NCBI GenBank assembly: GCA_002189035.1
Contig: NEEC01000009.1
Span: 2,976,001-3,040,000 of the forward strand
DNA length: 64,000 bases
Reading direction: 5' to 3'
Origin: Utricularia gibba
Lineage: Eukaryota > Plantae > Magnoliophyta
Part shown: positions 42,001 through 53,299 of the stretch, piece after piece
Layout: every line of letters starts with the position of its first letter
Position numbering within the stretch: position 1 is the first letter of the stretch
Notes under the pieces: model-generated
Told to the model about the DNA's origin: nothing
Seen by the model: only the letters and a program-made list of their open reading frames with translations
Database searches by the model: none
Made by a program: the position numbers and the translations under genes

Positions 42001-42459
42001 TTCAAAGTCATGCCTGGCACGAACTGGCCCCATGACAAATCTGGAACCGGTGGAAAACTGCAAGTGAACTACCTCTCCAAGTTAAGAGCAGGGAGAAGGC
42101 TTTATGTCAAGGCGGAAAGTAGCAGTGGACTCCACTCCCCCAACTCAAATGCGGTGGACTCGATCATGGAAAAGCTTTCAACCAAGAAATGGAGAAAGAT
42201 GGTTCCTTTCAAAGAGTTCCCTTCCACCCTGCCTATCACGAAGCTTGTCTCGAGCGCTGTGGAGATCTCCATGAGTCTAGACGAGCCACTCTCTGCAGAT
42301 GTGGTGAGTGCACAGAATGTGCTGCGCGAGGTACGCATCCAAATCCCACCCGAGCTTTTCGACCCATCCAGGATTGTCTGTGGAACGTACATAGACTCGA
42401 GGATGCTCGTCCTTCGAAGCGTCAATGGCTCAGCCCTTCTGTTGATTAGAGACTATTGA
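39092..42459 (+). CDS. FBN11: Plastid kinase-fibrillin fusion protein FBN11/PAP14 (ORG1, At5g53450-like), about 13 exons
   Basis: Exons encode FKMSDFKIHDYVSIGLG, LRHLLQQSDWLPALEAALALD, NYLHSHGLAHTELRLENLHISPVDKHIK, MMIAFDMRCVGFVMAKM, LDRNWGAGWHLLS, DALRHPFLCGPKWRV. The C-terminal fibrillin domain runs LPGNWRLLYSTGRHVGLTLRQ...RSVNGSALL. Confidence 0.9.
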
Positions 42460-43338
42460 ACTGATGGATCCTCACTCTCACCAGAATAACCAACTGGCTG
42501 AATGGCTGCAAAACTGTTGTATATAGCACAGGAGAGTTTCTATAATTCTTCTGCAAAATGAATGTAAAATCTCTAAAAAAAAAATGGATATTTCCAATGT
42601 TAATTTTTTCTCAGATGGTGATAAGATTTGTGAATGAATCACCCACGTGTCAATAATTCTGACAATGCAACATTGGCAAATGTGTAAATTACAGAATCGC
42701 CCTTCGCTACAGGGAAGAGGAGAAATAGTAATTGCTGGGCCGGGAATTAAGGGGCCGAGGTTTGATCATGAACAAGCCCAGCGGACAAAATGGTGATATC
42801 TATATCTATATATATATAATTGTGGTTTCCAAAATTTGTCCGGTTTGCAGCGTTGTTCGTCCTCCCTTCTCCAAGCAGGTTAGTAAGCGGTTCGTATTCT
42901 GGATCTGGATCTGGAAAAACCGATTCCGTTAACATTTCAAATTGTGGCTGTTGAAGGAACTGCATCATTTTCTTGTTTTTCGTAGTGGTTTACGGGGCAT
43001 TGTCCTTGAATATTATTCTGAGCGTAAGATCGGTGTGTTTGATGTTTATCGGGGAAACATTGTTGAATCTGAGATCCGGTTCTGTGTTTGATTTTCGAGA
43101 AACGTACCTAAATTTCGTTTTTGAGTCGTGCGGTTGGGAGACGGCATTTTTGAATTTCAAATTAGATCTGTTGGTTGTTATTCCAAATATCTGGTTTGAT
43201 TATCGTATAGGATCCTGTGTTTCATGTGCTTTTATGGTCCTGGACTGCATCTTTTCAATGAGTTTTTGGCTGTGGTCCCGTACATGTTCCCGGTTTGCAG
43301 GAATCCTCCCTGCGCACAGAAAAGCAAGCAAACACAGA

Positions 43339-43753
43339 ATGGGACGCGGAGTCAGCGCTGGTGGAGGCAAGAGTTCGTTAGGGTATTTGTTCGGCGACTC
43401 CGAGGCTGAGCCTACAGCCAAAAAGGTGGTTGCCGTAGCAGAGACTCCCAGTAACGAAACCAGGCCATCTCCTTCAACCGTGACCGCTGCCACCCCCAAC
43501 AACTACTCCACAAACAACTATTTCAGATCGGAGGGCCAGAACTGTGGCAATTTCTTAACGGTAAGTTGATCTGGATTGTGGGTTTGATATTTGTTGTCTC
43601 CTTATTATGGATAGATAGCAAGCTACTTGCTAACCATCACTACATGCCGCTCAATAGGACAAACCAACAACCAAAGTCCATGCTGCACCCGGTGGCAAAT
43701 CCTCCTTGAACTACCTCTTTGGTGATGGAACCAACACCTCCAATCCCAAGTGA
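43339..43753 (+). CDS. SP1L: SPIRAL1-like microtubule-associated protein; exons 43339-43560 and 43658-43753
   Basis: MGRGVSAGGGKSSLGYLFG...NNYFRSEGQNCGNFLT|DKPTTKVHAAPGGKSSLNYLFG carries the diagnostic duplicated GGxSSLxYLFG motif. Confidence 0.96.
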
Positions 43754-44310
43754 TCCCATGGCACCAGAGGTAACTGATGAGATTTCGCGTATTCTTCCCC
43801 TGCCAACCATTTTTATCATGATTCTGATGTTCAGTGAATGAAAAGATAGGCGACCTACGAGATCAAGCCGCAGCCCATGTCTCAAGTTTCAAAAAACATG
43901 TTGTTTCTGTTACATTCTGAGCTTTCCTAGGCAAACATTCACTGCTCTAGCTAATGAAAAGACTATTTAATGCTGACAGCTTGGCTTCCGCTATGGATGA
44001 TCATGCATGCATCCACGGAATACCAAGTCTACCCCCACACTCTGGTCATCGCATTTACTCACTACAGACTTTTTGTCTGTTGGAAACAAAATGCATCGTA
44101 TTTACTGCTTCTTGGCTCAGTGGATCGTGGGTCTAGAAGACAACAAAAAATGCTTAATTTATTTGAATTCTCCTTGATTTTGAATTATATGACGTCATTA
44201 TTCTCTAAGTAGAGACGCTCCTACTTTTGGAATCTACCTGCCAAATTTAGAAAGTATGTAAATAATATAAATAATGCCCAGGATTAATGGGCATAATAAT
44301 AATTAGGGCT

Positions 44311-44784
44311 TCAGGCGCGAGCAACCCAGCAGCCGTCGAGTCCAGTGAAGGAGAGCCTTCCGAAGCCCAAGTGCCCCACCTCCAACCAAACATCATCATC
44401 ATTCGACTCACCAGCAACGGCAACAGAAGCAGCAGCAGCAACCGGAGCAGCAGCACTGAAGTGGTAACTTCTTCCTATCCCTTCTTCATCATTCGACTCC
44501 GGTGGCGTCTCCGCAGTTGCGCCGCCGCGCGCTTCCGATTTGCTGGTTGCCTTGGCGAGAAGCCTCGTGGCGAGGGCCCAGGGGAGCCTGACGAAGGCGA
44601 GGGTTATTATGCTGAGGAGCGCGCAAGGGCAGCAACACACGGCCACGCAGTCCGCGATGACTCCAGCCGTACAAGCCTCGCATGCCTTCTTCCTCTTCCT
44701 CTTTTTCCCTCCCCTGTCATTCTTCTTCTCCTTCTTCTCTAGATCGCCGTTCGACGACGACCTGGAAATGCACCGATCTTCCAT
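44311..44784 (-). CDS. Uncharacterised plant protein (At5g14690/At3g01516-like), 157 aa, intronless
   Basis: Family-typical IADCVAVCCCPC + TM segment (LAFVRLPW) and C-terminal WLEVGHLGFGRLSFTG. TATA-like and CCAAT motifs lie upstream at ~44865-44885. Confidence 0.8.
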   Translation of the reverse strand: MEDRCISRSSSNGDLEKKEKKNDRGGKKRKRKKACEACTAGVIADCVAVCCCPCALLSIITLAFVRLPWALATRLLAKATSKSEARGGATAETPPESNDEEGIGRSYHFSAAAPVAAAASVAVAGESNDDDVWLEVGHLGFGRLSFTGLDGCWVARA

Positions 44785-47655
44785 TCCCCCGGCGAAGCAG
44801 CGAATTTCGCCGATCTGTTGAAAGATGAAGAAGAGGCCAGAGGGGGGAGTGAGAGACGTTCTAATTGGATTGGATAAATAAAAACGCTACAAAAGAATAT
44901 GCAGGGCAGCGACTCTGCTTTCTTTTTCCATGCAATTAATTACCCGAAATTTAACCAAAACATTTATTTTTTATTTAGTTAATCAAATAAATATTTTTTA
45001 ATCTTTAGTCTCAAGATTACCCAACCATTTTCGAATATTTGGTCCAAAATATATGAAATACTGGATTTTAATAATTAAAAAACGATTTAGTTTACCAGAT
45101 AACAATATTATTATTATTTATATAATATTTAATAAATCCAGGGACCGAATATTTGATTCTTGAAGGAAGGGCGTGGTGGTGAGTTGCGTCCTTCACATCC
45201 CCATGTCGTAAATCGGGTAGGAAATTAATGTCTCATTTTGACTAATTGAAGACGCATGTGCCATTGAATTAAATGTCAAAAGGGTGATTCATTTTGTCAC
45301 TTTTCAAAAAATAAAATTAATGCCATCATTTTCCACATAAAGGGAAAATCTCATGTTACAAGAGGAACTATTATGCGCATGGATGGAATCCAGAGCTGCA
45401 TCAAAGTTTTGTTCTTGTAGGGGAGGAAGAATGAGGGGATACGCAAGGCAGAGTTGGACCACAGCAAGCATTACCAGGGAGGGGAGGGGAGTAGGCCCCG
45501 GGGAGAAGAAAGGGAGAGGGGCACGCAGCAGCAGGAGAAGGAACACAAGAAACATGGCGGCCATGGGGTGCGTGACAGCAGTTTGTCATTTGCGTTTGGG
45601 CGCAAGGGTGAAGGAAGGGGAAAGTGAGTGAGAGAGCGATGGGGACAAGGTGCAGCGCACGAACAGGTGAAAACCCTAAGCCCCATTTGGAAATTACTGG
45701 TAAAAAACACTCCTTTCCTCAGCCCAACACAAGCCCCAAGCCCCTCTCTGTCGTGAACCCTCTTTACCCTTTTACTTCACTGCTGAAACGTCATCTGGTA
45801 GATAACATGTGTGTTTTTTTCCCTCTCATTCTGCAGTAAAGATGGCACACTGGAGGAGTTTTGAGAAGACACTGGCGTTGTTGCATCCTGAATAACTAAC
45901 AGAGAGGGCACTTCTTCTTCTCCAGCAATGGCCGTGGCAATGGCAATGGCCTGGGCGAGCTCATGAGAAGAAAAAGAAGAGAGGATGTCCTTGTGGGGTG
46001 GGGAAAAGATGCGCATGTGGAAGCGCCCAGGGTGGCTCCTCCTCATAGTACGCTGTCCTCTCTGTAAACTGTAAAAGTCGAGTGAACAAGCTCCCTCATG
46101 TCACATTATCATGGATTGGACTTCTTTCTCCTGATTGGATGAATTAGAAATTTTGGCATATGTCACATTTTATGTGAAAAAATGACCACTCGATGGATAT
46201 TTTTTTTTTACCTAAGTGTGTGACATACTATGTAATAATATATTTTAATCTGTTTTTTTAATGATGGGGAGGGACGGGGAACATAATAAATAAACTAAAA
46301 CGGCTTCCGGTAAATTTCCCACGTGAGGTGTTTGATGAATGGTGCCTGTGGGGCCCACTAACCTTTTTCCAGTCCGTCCGTCTCCGGCGACTCCTGAATT
46401 TTGTTTTGACATTTTTCATTTAAAGGTATCAAATTAAAAAAAAAAAAGAAAAAATTGCGACTTTTTTATATTTGTCGTTATTGTTTATTTTATAAATACT
46501 TATACAATATATCATTCAGGTCTTTTTTGAACAAGTTCGGCTTTTGGAAAAACAATATAAAAATTATTTTAGTATTAAATATGAGTGATTTATAATTTAA
46601 AAAATTTAAAAATTTTGAAACACTTCAATTTTTTAGGAATTAAAAAACCACAGCTTCTATTTTTTTGGAAGAATTCTCAAAAAATTATATACAAAACAAA
46701 AATTTGATTTCATTACACATTTGATTTTTTTTTTTTTTTCTCTTCTGGGTTTCCATGTAAGTTTGTAGTTTACATCCGCTTCTTCTGAAACACAAACAAC
46801 ATCATTTGGGACACAAAGTTCCATTGTCATGCAAATCAAAGCAAAATACCCTGTTGATTTGTTTGTGATGGGTTCTAATGGATTTAAAAGAAACAATCTT
46901 CTTGAATTCAAAATTAGTTGGGCCAAATAAAAAGAGCAACACTTGGGCCAAAATAAGTTGAATAGAGTCCAATGACCCAACTACCAACACTATTAAAAAT
47001 GTTTCTAATTTTTTATTCTTTAATAGTAGAAATAATTGATTCCCTGTTTTAAAAATACTATTTAAAAAACATGAATTATTTCAAATAACTATCAACCCTA
47101 AAAACTAATGATCATGAAAGGACACAACAACAACTCCTTTCCTTTCTTTGGGAATGTGACAAAAGGTGGTGCCCATCACCAACAAAGATTAATCATGAAC
47201 CCTAATTCCACCCTCATTCAACTATACTGTCTGAATATATATTTTTTCATTACAATCCCTTAAAATAATACTACAAATAAGTTTATAGGTTTAAAATGTA
47301 ATGATCTAAAATAAAATATTTTATTTCTATTAAAAGTATCTCAAATTCATTTAAAATAAAATTTCTTATCAGACATTCAATTCGATTAATGGCTTTGACG
47401 AACCACTTCAACTACTATGCAACAAAAATGTTAATATCAAAATAAAGAATTCATATATTTATTTTCATTTATTTAACATTAACTTTTTTTTGTCGGTCTG
47501 AAAAAAGATTAAGAGTTAATTGACATCTAATTAATGGTTTGGAATTGGAATGCCTCACCGTCTTCACTTTCAGTTTGCTACAGCGGGGAGCAATAATTGT
47601 GGACGGAGTGACCGAAGCAAGACGACGGTGTGTGTGTGAGAGTGTGTGTGAGTGC

Positions 47656-47668
47656 TTGACTGGGTCAA
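47656..47668. promoter_or_regulatory. Inverted W-box pair TTGACT-G-GGTCAA upstream of the P4-ATPase
   Basis: TTGACTGGGTCAA gives two head-to-head WRKY cores (TTGAC[C/T]) about 350 bp upstream of the ALA ATG. Confidence 0.45.
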
Positions 47669-48014
47669 TCCTCGCAAGTTACTGGAAGGGCGTACTGCGC
47701 AGTGAAAATTCGCAACGCTTAACTCCCCTCCACCGTTTCGCTACACAATGTAGGCATTCACTGATACGGCAAGCGCCCCATCATTGTCTCGAGATGGAAA
47801 TCTCTAGACCTTGATGGCCAAGTAAAGAATTTCAAAGGGGTGTGGAGAAAGTATCTAAGCTACTTCCTTTGCAAGCTCCCTTTTCTTGTTTGATGTTGCT
47901 GGTTCATCCTACGTGTGGATCTGCTGGTTCAAGGGGTGCGATCCATCTGTTTTCCAACAGGTCTGTTCATGATTGTTAGTGCTTTGCTACTGTAGAGACT
48001 TGATCGTTTACAAA

Positions 48015-51000
48015 ATGCCTGCTCGGAGAAGAAGGGGGATTCGTTTTAGTAAGTTGTACTCGTTTCTTTGTTGTAAACCTTCGTTTGGGGATGCACACAG
48101 AAAAATTGGGCAGAAGGGGTTTTCAAGGGTTGTGTATTGCAATGACCCTGATAATCCAGAGCAGCTTGCACTGAAGTACCGGGATAATTATGTTTCCACA
48201 ACCAAGTATACTGCTGCTAATTTTATTCCCAAGTCTTTCTTTGAGCAGTTTAGGAGGGTTGCAAACATATATTTTCTTGTGGTGGCTTGTGTATCCTTTA
48301 GTCCATTGGCACCGTACACTGCATCCAGCATTCTGTTTCCGTTGATCGTGGTGATTGGGGCCACAATGGCGAAGGAGGGGATTGAGGATTGGAGGCGGAG
48401 AAGGCAGGTGCGTAGTTAGTCAGTCATGTTTTCTGTGTACTTGTTCGGGTGGCATGATTTCGTTTCACTCTGTTTCTTTATTGCGCCCCCGAATTCCATG
48501 CCTGGATCTCATTTTATTGGTTTACTTCTAGGTGGTGAATACTTGTGTGATTTATTTTATAACAGGATGTGGAAGCCAATAATAGGAAAGTACAAGTATA
48601 TGAAAAAAATAATGATTTTCGAGATTCCAGGTGGAAGAACTTGAGAGTTGGCGATCTTATTAAAGTTCACAAGGATGAATACTTTCCTGCAGACCTAATT
48701 ATTGTTTCTTCAAGCTATGAGGATGGAATATGTTATGTGGAAACAGCAAATCTTGATGGTGAGACTAATCTGAAGGTGAAGCATGCGTTAGAGACAACTG
48801 CTTCTGTCCTTCACGATGATAGCTCTTTTGGGAAATTCATGGCACTCATCAAGTGTGAGGACCCAAATGAGGATCTTTACTCCTTCATCGGAACTCTCTA
48901 CTACAGTGATCAGCAGTATCCTCTTTCCTTGGAACAGCTTCTACTGAGAGATTCGAAGTTGCGAAATACTGAGTTTGTATATGGGGTTGTTATTTTCACT
49001 GGTCATGATACTAAAGTTATGCAGAATGCTACTGATCCTCCTTCCAAGAGGAGCATGATTGAGAGACGGATGGATAAAATAATATATGTTCTTTTTGTTG
49101 TGTTATTCACCGTGTCATTTCTTGGATCCTTCTTTTTTGGGATCACTACTAGGAATGACATTGATGGTGGGAATTTAAGGAGGTGGTATCTTCAACCAGA
49201 CCGTGCAACTGTGTTCTTTGACCCCAATAGATCAGCACTGGCTGCTTTTTTCCATTTTTTGACAGCACTTATGCTCTATGGATACCTTATACCTATATCC
49301 CTGTATGTCTCCATTGAGGTCGTGAAGGTTTTACAAAGCATATTTATCAATCAGGACCAGGAGATGTATTATGAGGAAACAGATAAACCAGCACAGGCAA
49401 GGACTTCAAATTTGAATGAAGAACTAGGTCAGGTGGATACTATTCTTTCTGATAAAACTGGTACTCTGACATGCAACTCCATGGAATTCGTAAAGTGTTC
49501 AATAGCTGGAGTCGCGTATGGCCGTGGTTTGACAGAAGTGGAGAGAGCAATGGCAATAAGAAAAGGGGAAGCAAACCAAGAGCGAGATTTTTCTTCTAAT
49601 TTGGGGACTCCGGATGGCCATATAGATTTAGGAAAATCAGTTAAGGGTTTCAATTTCTTTGATGAGCGTATTATGAATGGTTCATGGGTCAATGAGATTC
49701 ATGCTGATACAATTCAGAGATTCTTCAGAGTGCTAGCCCTTTGCCATACAGCCATTCCTGACGTTAACCAAGAAACAGGTGAAATTTCATATGAAGCTGA
49801 GTCCCCAGATGAAGCTGCATTTGTTATTGCCGCAAGGGAGCTTGGATTCAAATTTTTTGAAAGAACTCAAAATAGCATCTCATTGCATGAACTAGATCAT
49901 GAGAGTGGGAAAAAAATTGACAGGTGTTGTTCTTTAAATTCTCATTCTTGCTGAACCTCATCTCATTGCATATCCTACAAACTATTTTTTTAACTTTCTC
50001 AATTAAATGAGGTATGGCAATGACCTTAACTGCTTGCGTGCCACTGTCTCCAGTCCGTACACACTTCTTCATGTCTTGGAGTTCAGAAGTACACGAAAAA
50101 GAATGTCCGTGATCATAAAAAATAGGAAAGGCCAGCTGCTGCTTCTCTGCAAAGGTGCAGATAGGTTCGTTTCTCTGGAGCCTTCGAATTTATGGATGCT
50201 TCTCATTCTGATTAAGGCAGGTTTTGACATCTCTCCTTTTGTGCTTTATTCCAAATTTTGCAGTGTAATGTTTGAAAGGCTTTCAAATGATTCACATGAT
50301 CATGTTAATGCAACAATGGAACACATCAAGAGATATGCTGAATCAGGTCTGCGCACATTAGTTGTTGCATACCGCGAACTCAATGAATTTGACTTCAAAT
50401 CCTGGGAAGTGGAGTTTCTCAGTGCAAAGACATCTGTATCTGCTGATAGAAATGCATTGGTGGATGCTGCTGCGGATAAGATTGAAAGGGAATTAAGTCT
50501 TCTTGGTGCAACAGCTGTTGAAGACAAACTGCAGAAAGGGGTCAGTATCACGTTACTTACGCTGCCGGTTGTTTGTTTTTAGTAATTTACAAATATTTTT
50601 TTTTCAAAAAAGGGTTTTCTTTTATGATCCGTACTATCTCTGTGGTTTGTAGGTTCCTGAATGCATAGAGAAACTTGAAAATGCCGGTATCAAAATTTGG
50701 GTTATAACAGGTGATAAGATGGAGACAGCAATAAATATTGGGTGGGTTGACATGGCGTTACATGTAAAGTTTGTTTGTCTTAAATCGTCTATGCTCACTT
50801 TTTTTATCACTTATATTTTTTTTTTTCTAGATATGCTTCTAGTTTGCTGAGGGAGCATATGCAGTTAATTGTAATTACTTTGGACTCTCCAGAATTTGCT
50901 GCCCTTGAAAAAAACGATGACAAGCAGGCAATTATGAAGGTAGTGATTTACTTTACTCACAGTTTGTTGATCATTTAATCACTCTCTCTATTTAGGCAGC

Positions 51001-52523
51001 ACATACAAGCATATCGAATCAATTGAGTGAAGGGAAAATGCGACTAAATGCATCTAGTGGCAGTTCTACCTCCTTTGGTTTGATAATTGATGGGAAGTCA
51101 TTGACTTTTGCCCTGAGCAAGAACCTGGAGGATTCATTTCTGGATCTATCATTGAAATGTTCATCTGTAATATGCTGTCGGTCAACACCAAAGCAAAAAG
51201 CTCTGGTATGTGTTATTATTTCCTTTACTTTTTTTGCCATTACCCCTGTATTTGAAAGTTAGGTTTATTCAGAGGGGAGTTATGTAATTGCATTGTGGAA
51301 GATGTTCAGGTTGCGAGACTTGTAAAGAAAGGTACAGGAAGAGTGACGCTAGCTATTGGAGACGGGGCAAATGATGTAGGAATGCTTCAAGAAGCCGATA
51401 TTGGAGTCGGGATTAGTGGGGTAGAGGGGATGCAGGTACTTTCACTTAGCGCTCATTTTCTTTGAAGGTTTCTCGACCTCAAGCATTTTATTTTGTTTGA
51501 ACATTCTGTATTTAGGCTGCTGTGTCAAGTGACTTTGCCATAGCACAGTTCCGTTTTCTCGAGCGTCTTCTATTGGTTCATGGACACTGGTGCTACAGAA
51601 GAATATCAATGATGGTATTTTACTGCTCATAGTAGACCCTTTTTTGTTTGTTATCGTGCCTTTCATTAGTATTCACATACTGATTTTATGTTGGGTTGCA
51701 GCTCTGCTATTTCTTTTACAAGAACCTTACATTTGGGTTCACTCTGTTCTTGTTCGAGGCCCATGCTTCGTTTTCTGGTCAACCTGCTTACAACGATTGG
51801 TACATGTCATTCTACAACGTGCTCTTCACTTCACTCCCGGTGATTACTATTGGTGTCTTTGATCAGGATGTTTCTGCGCGTTTTTGTCTGAAGGTAAATA
51901 GAAAAATTCTCTACAGGAAACTTCCACCAAAGCATTCATTTTTCTGTGCCCTTCTGCAGTATCCAGAGTTATATCAAGAAGGGGTGCGTAATGTCCTCTT
52001 CAGTTGGTCCCGGGTGCTCGGCTGGATGTTAAATGGCATCCTCAGTTCCACCATCATCTTCTTTTTTACAACCAGTTCAGTTCTCCTCCAGCCCTTCAGG
52101 AGTGATGGCCATGTGGTTGATTTCGGTGTGCTGGGAGTGATGATGTATACATGTGTCGTATGGACCGTGAACTGCCAAATGGCTCTCTCCGTCAGCTACT
52201 TCACCTGGATCCAACACTTTGTCATTTGGGGCAGCATCTTACTCTGGTACCTGTTTCTACTGGTTTTTGGCGCCATCACTCCCATAAGATCCACGACTGC
52301 ATATCAGGTGTTCATCGAGGCATGCGCGCCCAGCCCCTTCTACTGGCTGGCGGCACTCCTCGTTGTCCTGTCGAGTTTGCTGCCATTCTTCTTGTACAGG
52401 GCACTGCAGATAGAGTTCAAGCCCATGATTCATGATGTTGTTCAGAGGCGAAGATTACAAAGACCAGAGACCACCCAATTAGCTGATGAGCCGCTTCCCT
52501 TTTGCCCGGACAGAATAAAGTAA
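48015..52523 (+). CDS. ALA8: Phospholipid-transporting P4-ATPase (flippase), ALA8-like, 11 exons, intact
   Basis: [50 protein letters not shown] (P4 PISL signature), phosphorylation motif [33 protein letters not shown]. All intron phases checked were consistent. Confidence 0.96.
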
Positions 52524-53160
52524 AGAAGAAGGAAAGCTTGTCAAAAGGACGAGTAGATGTATACACTGTGTGTGCAGAAAGTGAGGTTTGCAGATGAATT
52601 TCAACAATGATTAGCATCTCTCCTGTGTATGTCACAATAAGTTTCATTGGAGGCTGGCTGCATTCTATTCTATTCTTTCAGAAGAATCATATGCATACTA
52701 CATACCCCTCCTTGACTTGGTTTTATTCAACTAAACCTTCCACTGCTCTGCTGTTTTGTAAGGATAAGAATCGGGTGGCGGCCAGGCCATCATCATCTTG
52801 GCCTGGTTCACTATGGAAGGTGCTAAGCAACTACACCCAAGCTACTACTATGGCTTCCTATCAAACACCTCATCTCAAGTAGGTATAGAGCAAGGAAAGT
52901 AAGTATGGAGAAGAATTTTGCACACCAGATGTTTGAACAACTCAAAAGCAAAACCAAAGAGCATGGTTTTGTAAATAAGAACTGTTTTGAGAGTATAACA
53001 ACAATAAGAATAATACTATCAGGGAAATTAAAAGGAAATTTGGAGTATTTTGAGTGAACTTTATGTTGTTTTGTATGGGCCACACACAGTGAAGCTCCTG
53101 CTCCACCAACATTGGAGCTCTGTGGACATGGTACAAAAAGCAGAGGTCAGTTTGCATGAC

Positions 53161-53270
53161 CCAATCCGATGCCAGAAAGCTGTGGTTCATTCATTCATTC
53201 ACGCCCCTTATCCACAGAACCCTGATTTCTCATGCATGCAGAGATGCCCCGCCCCAGCTCTCCTTATAAG
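53161..53270 (+). promoter_or_regulatory. Light-responsive-type core promoter of beta-CA: CCAAT box, I-box (CTTATC = reverse GATAAG), TATA
   Basis: CCAAT at ~53162, CTTATCC at ~53207-53213 and TATAAG at 53265-53270, 30 bp before the ATG at 53300. Confidence 0.5.
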
Positions 53271-53299
53271 AGGGCCCTCCCCCACAACTCATACCCGCA

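Noticed and set aside
45371-45401. Minus-strand ATGCAG..TGGATTCCATCCATGCG resembles ENOD40 region I
   Set aside because: The IHGS-type peptide is not in frame with the ATG, and no ENOD40 region II motif lies downstream.
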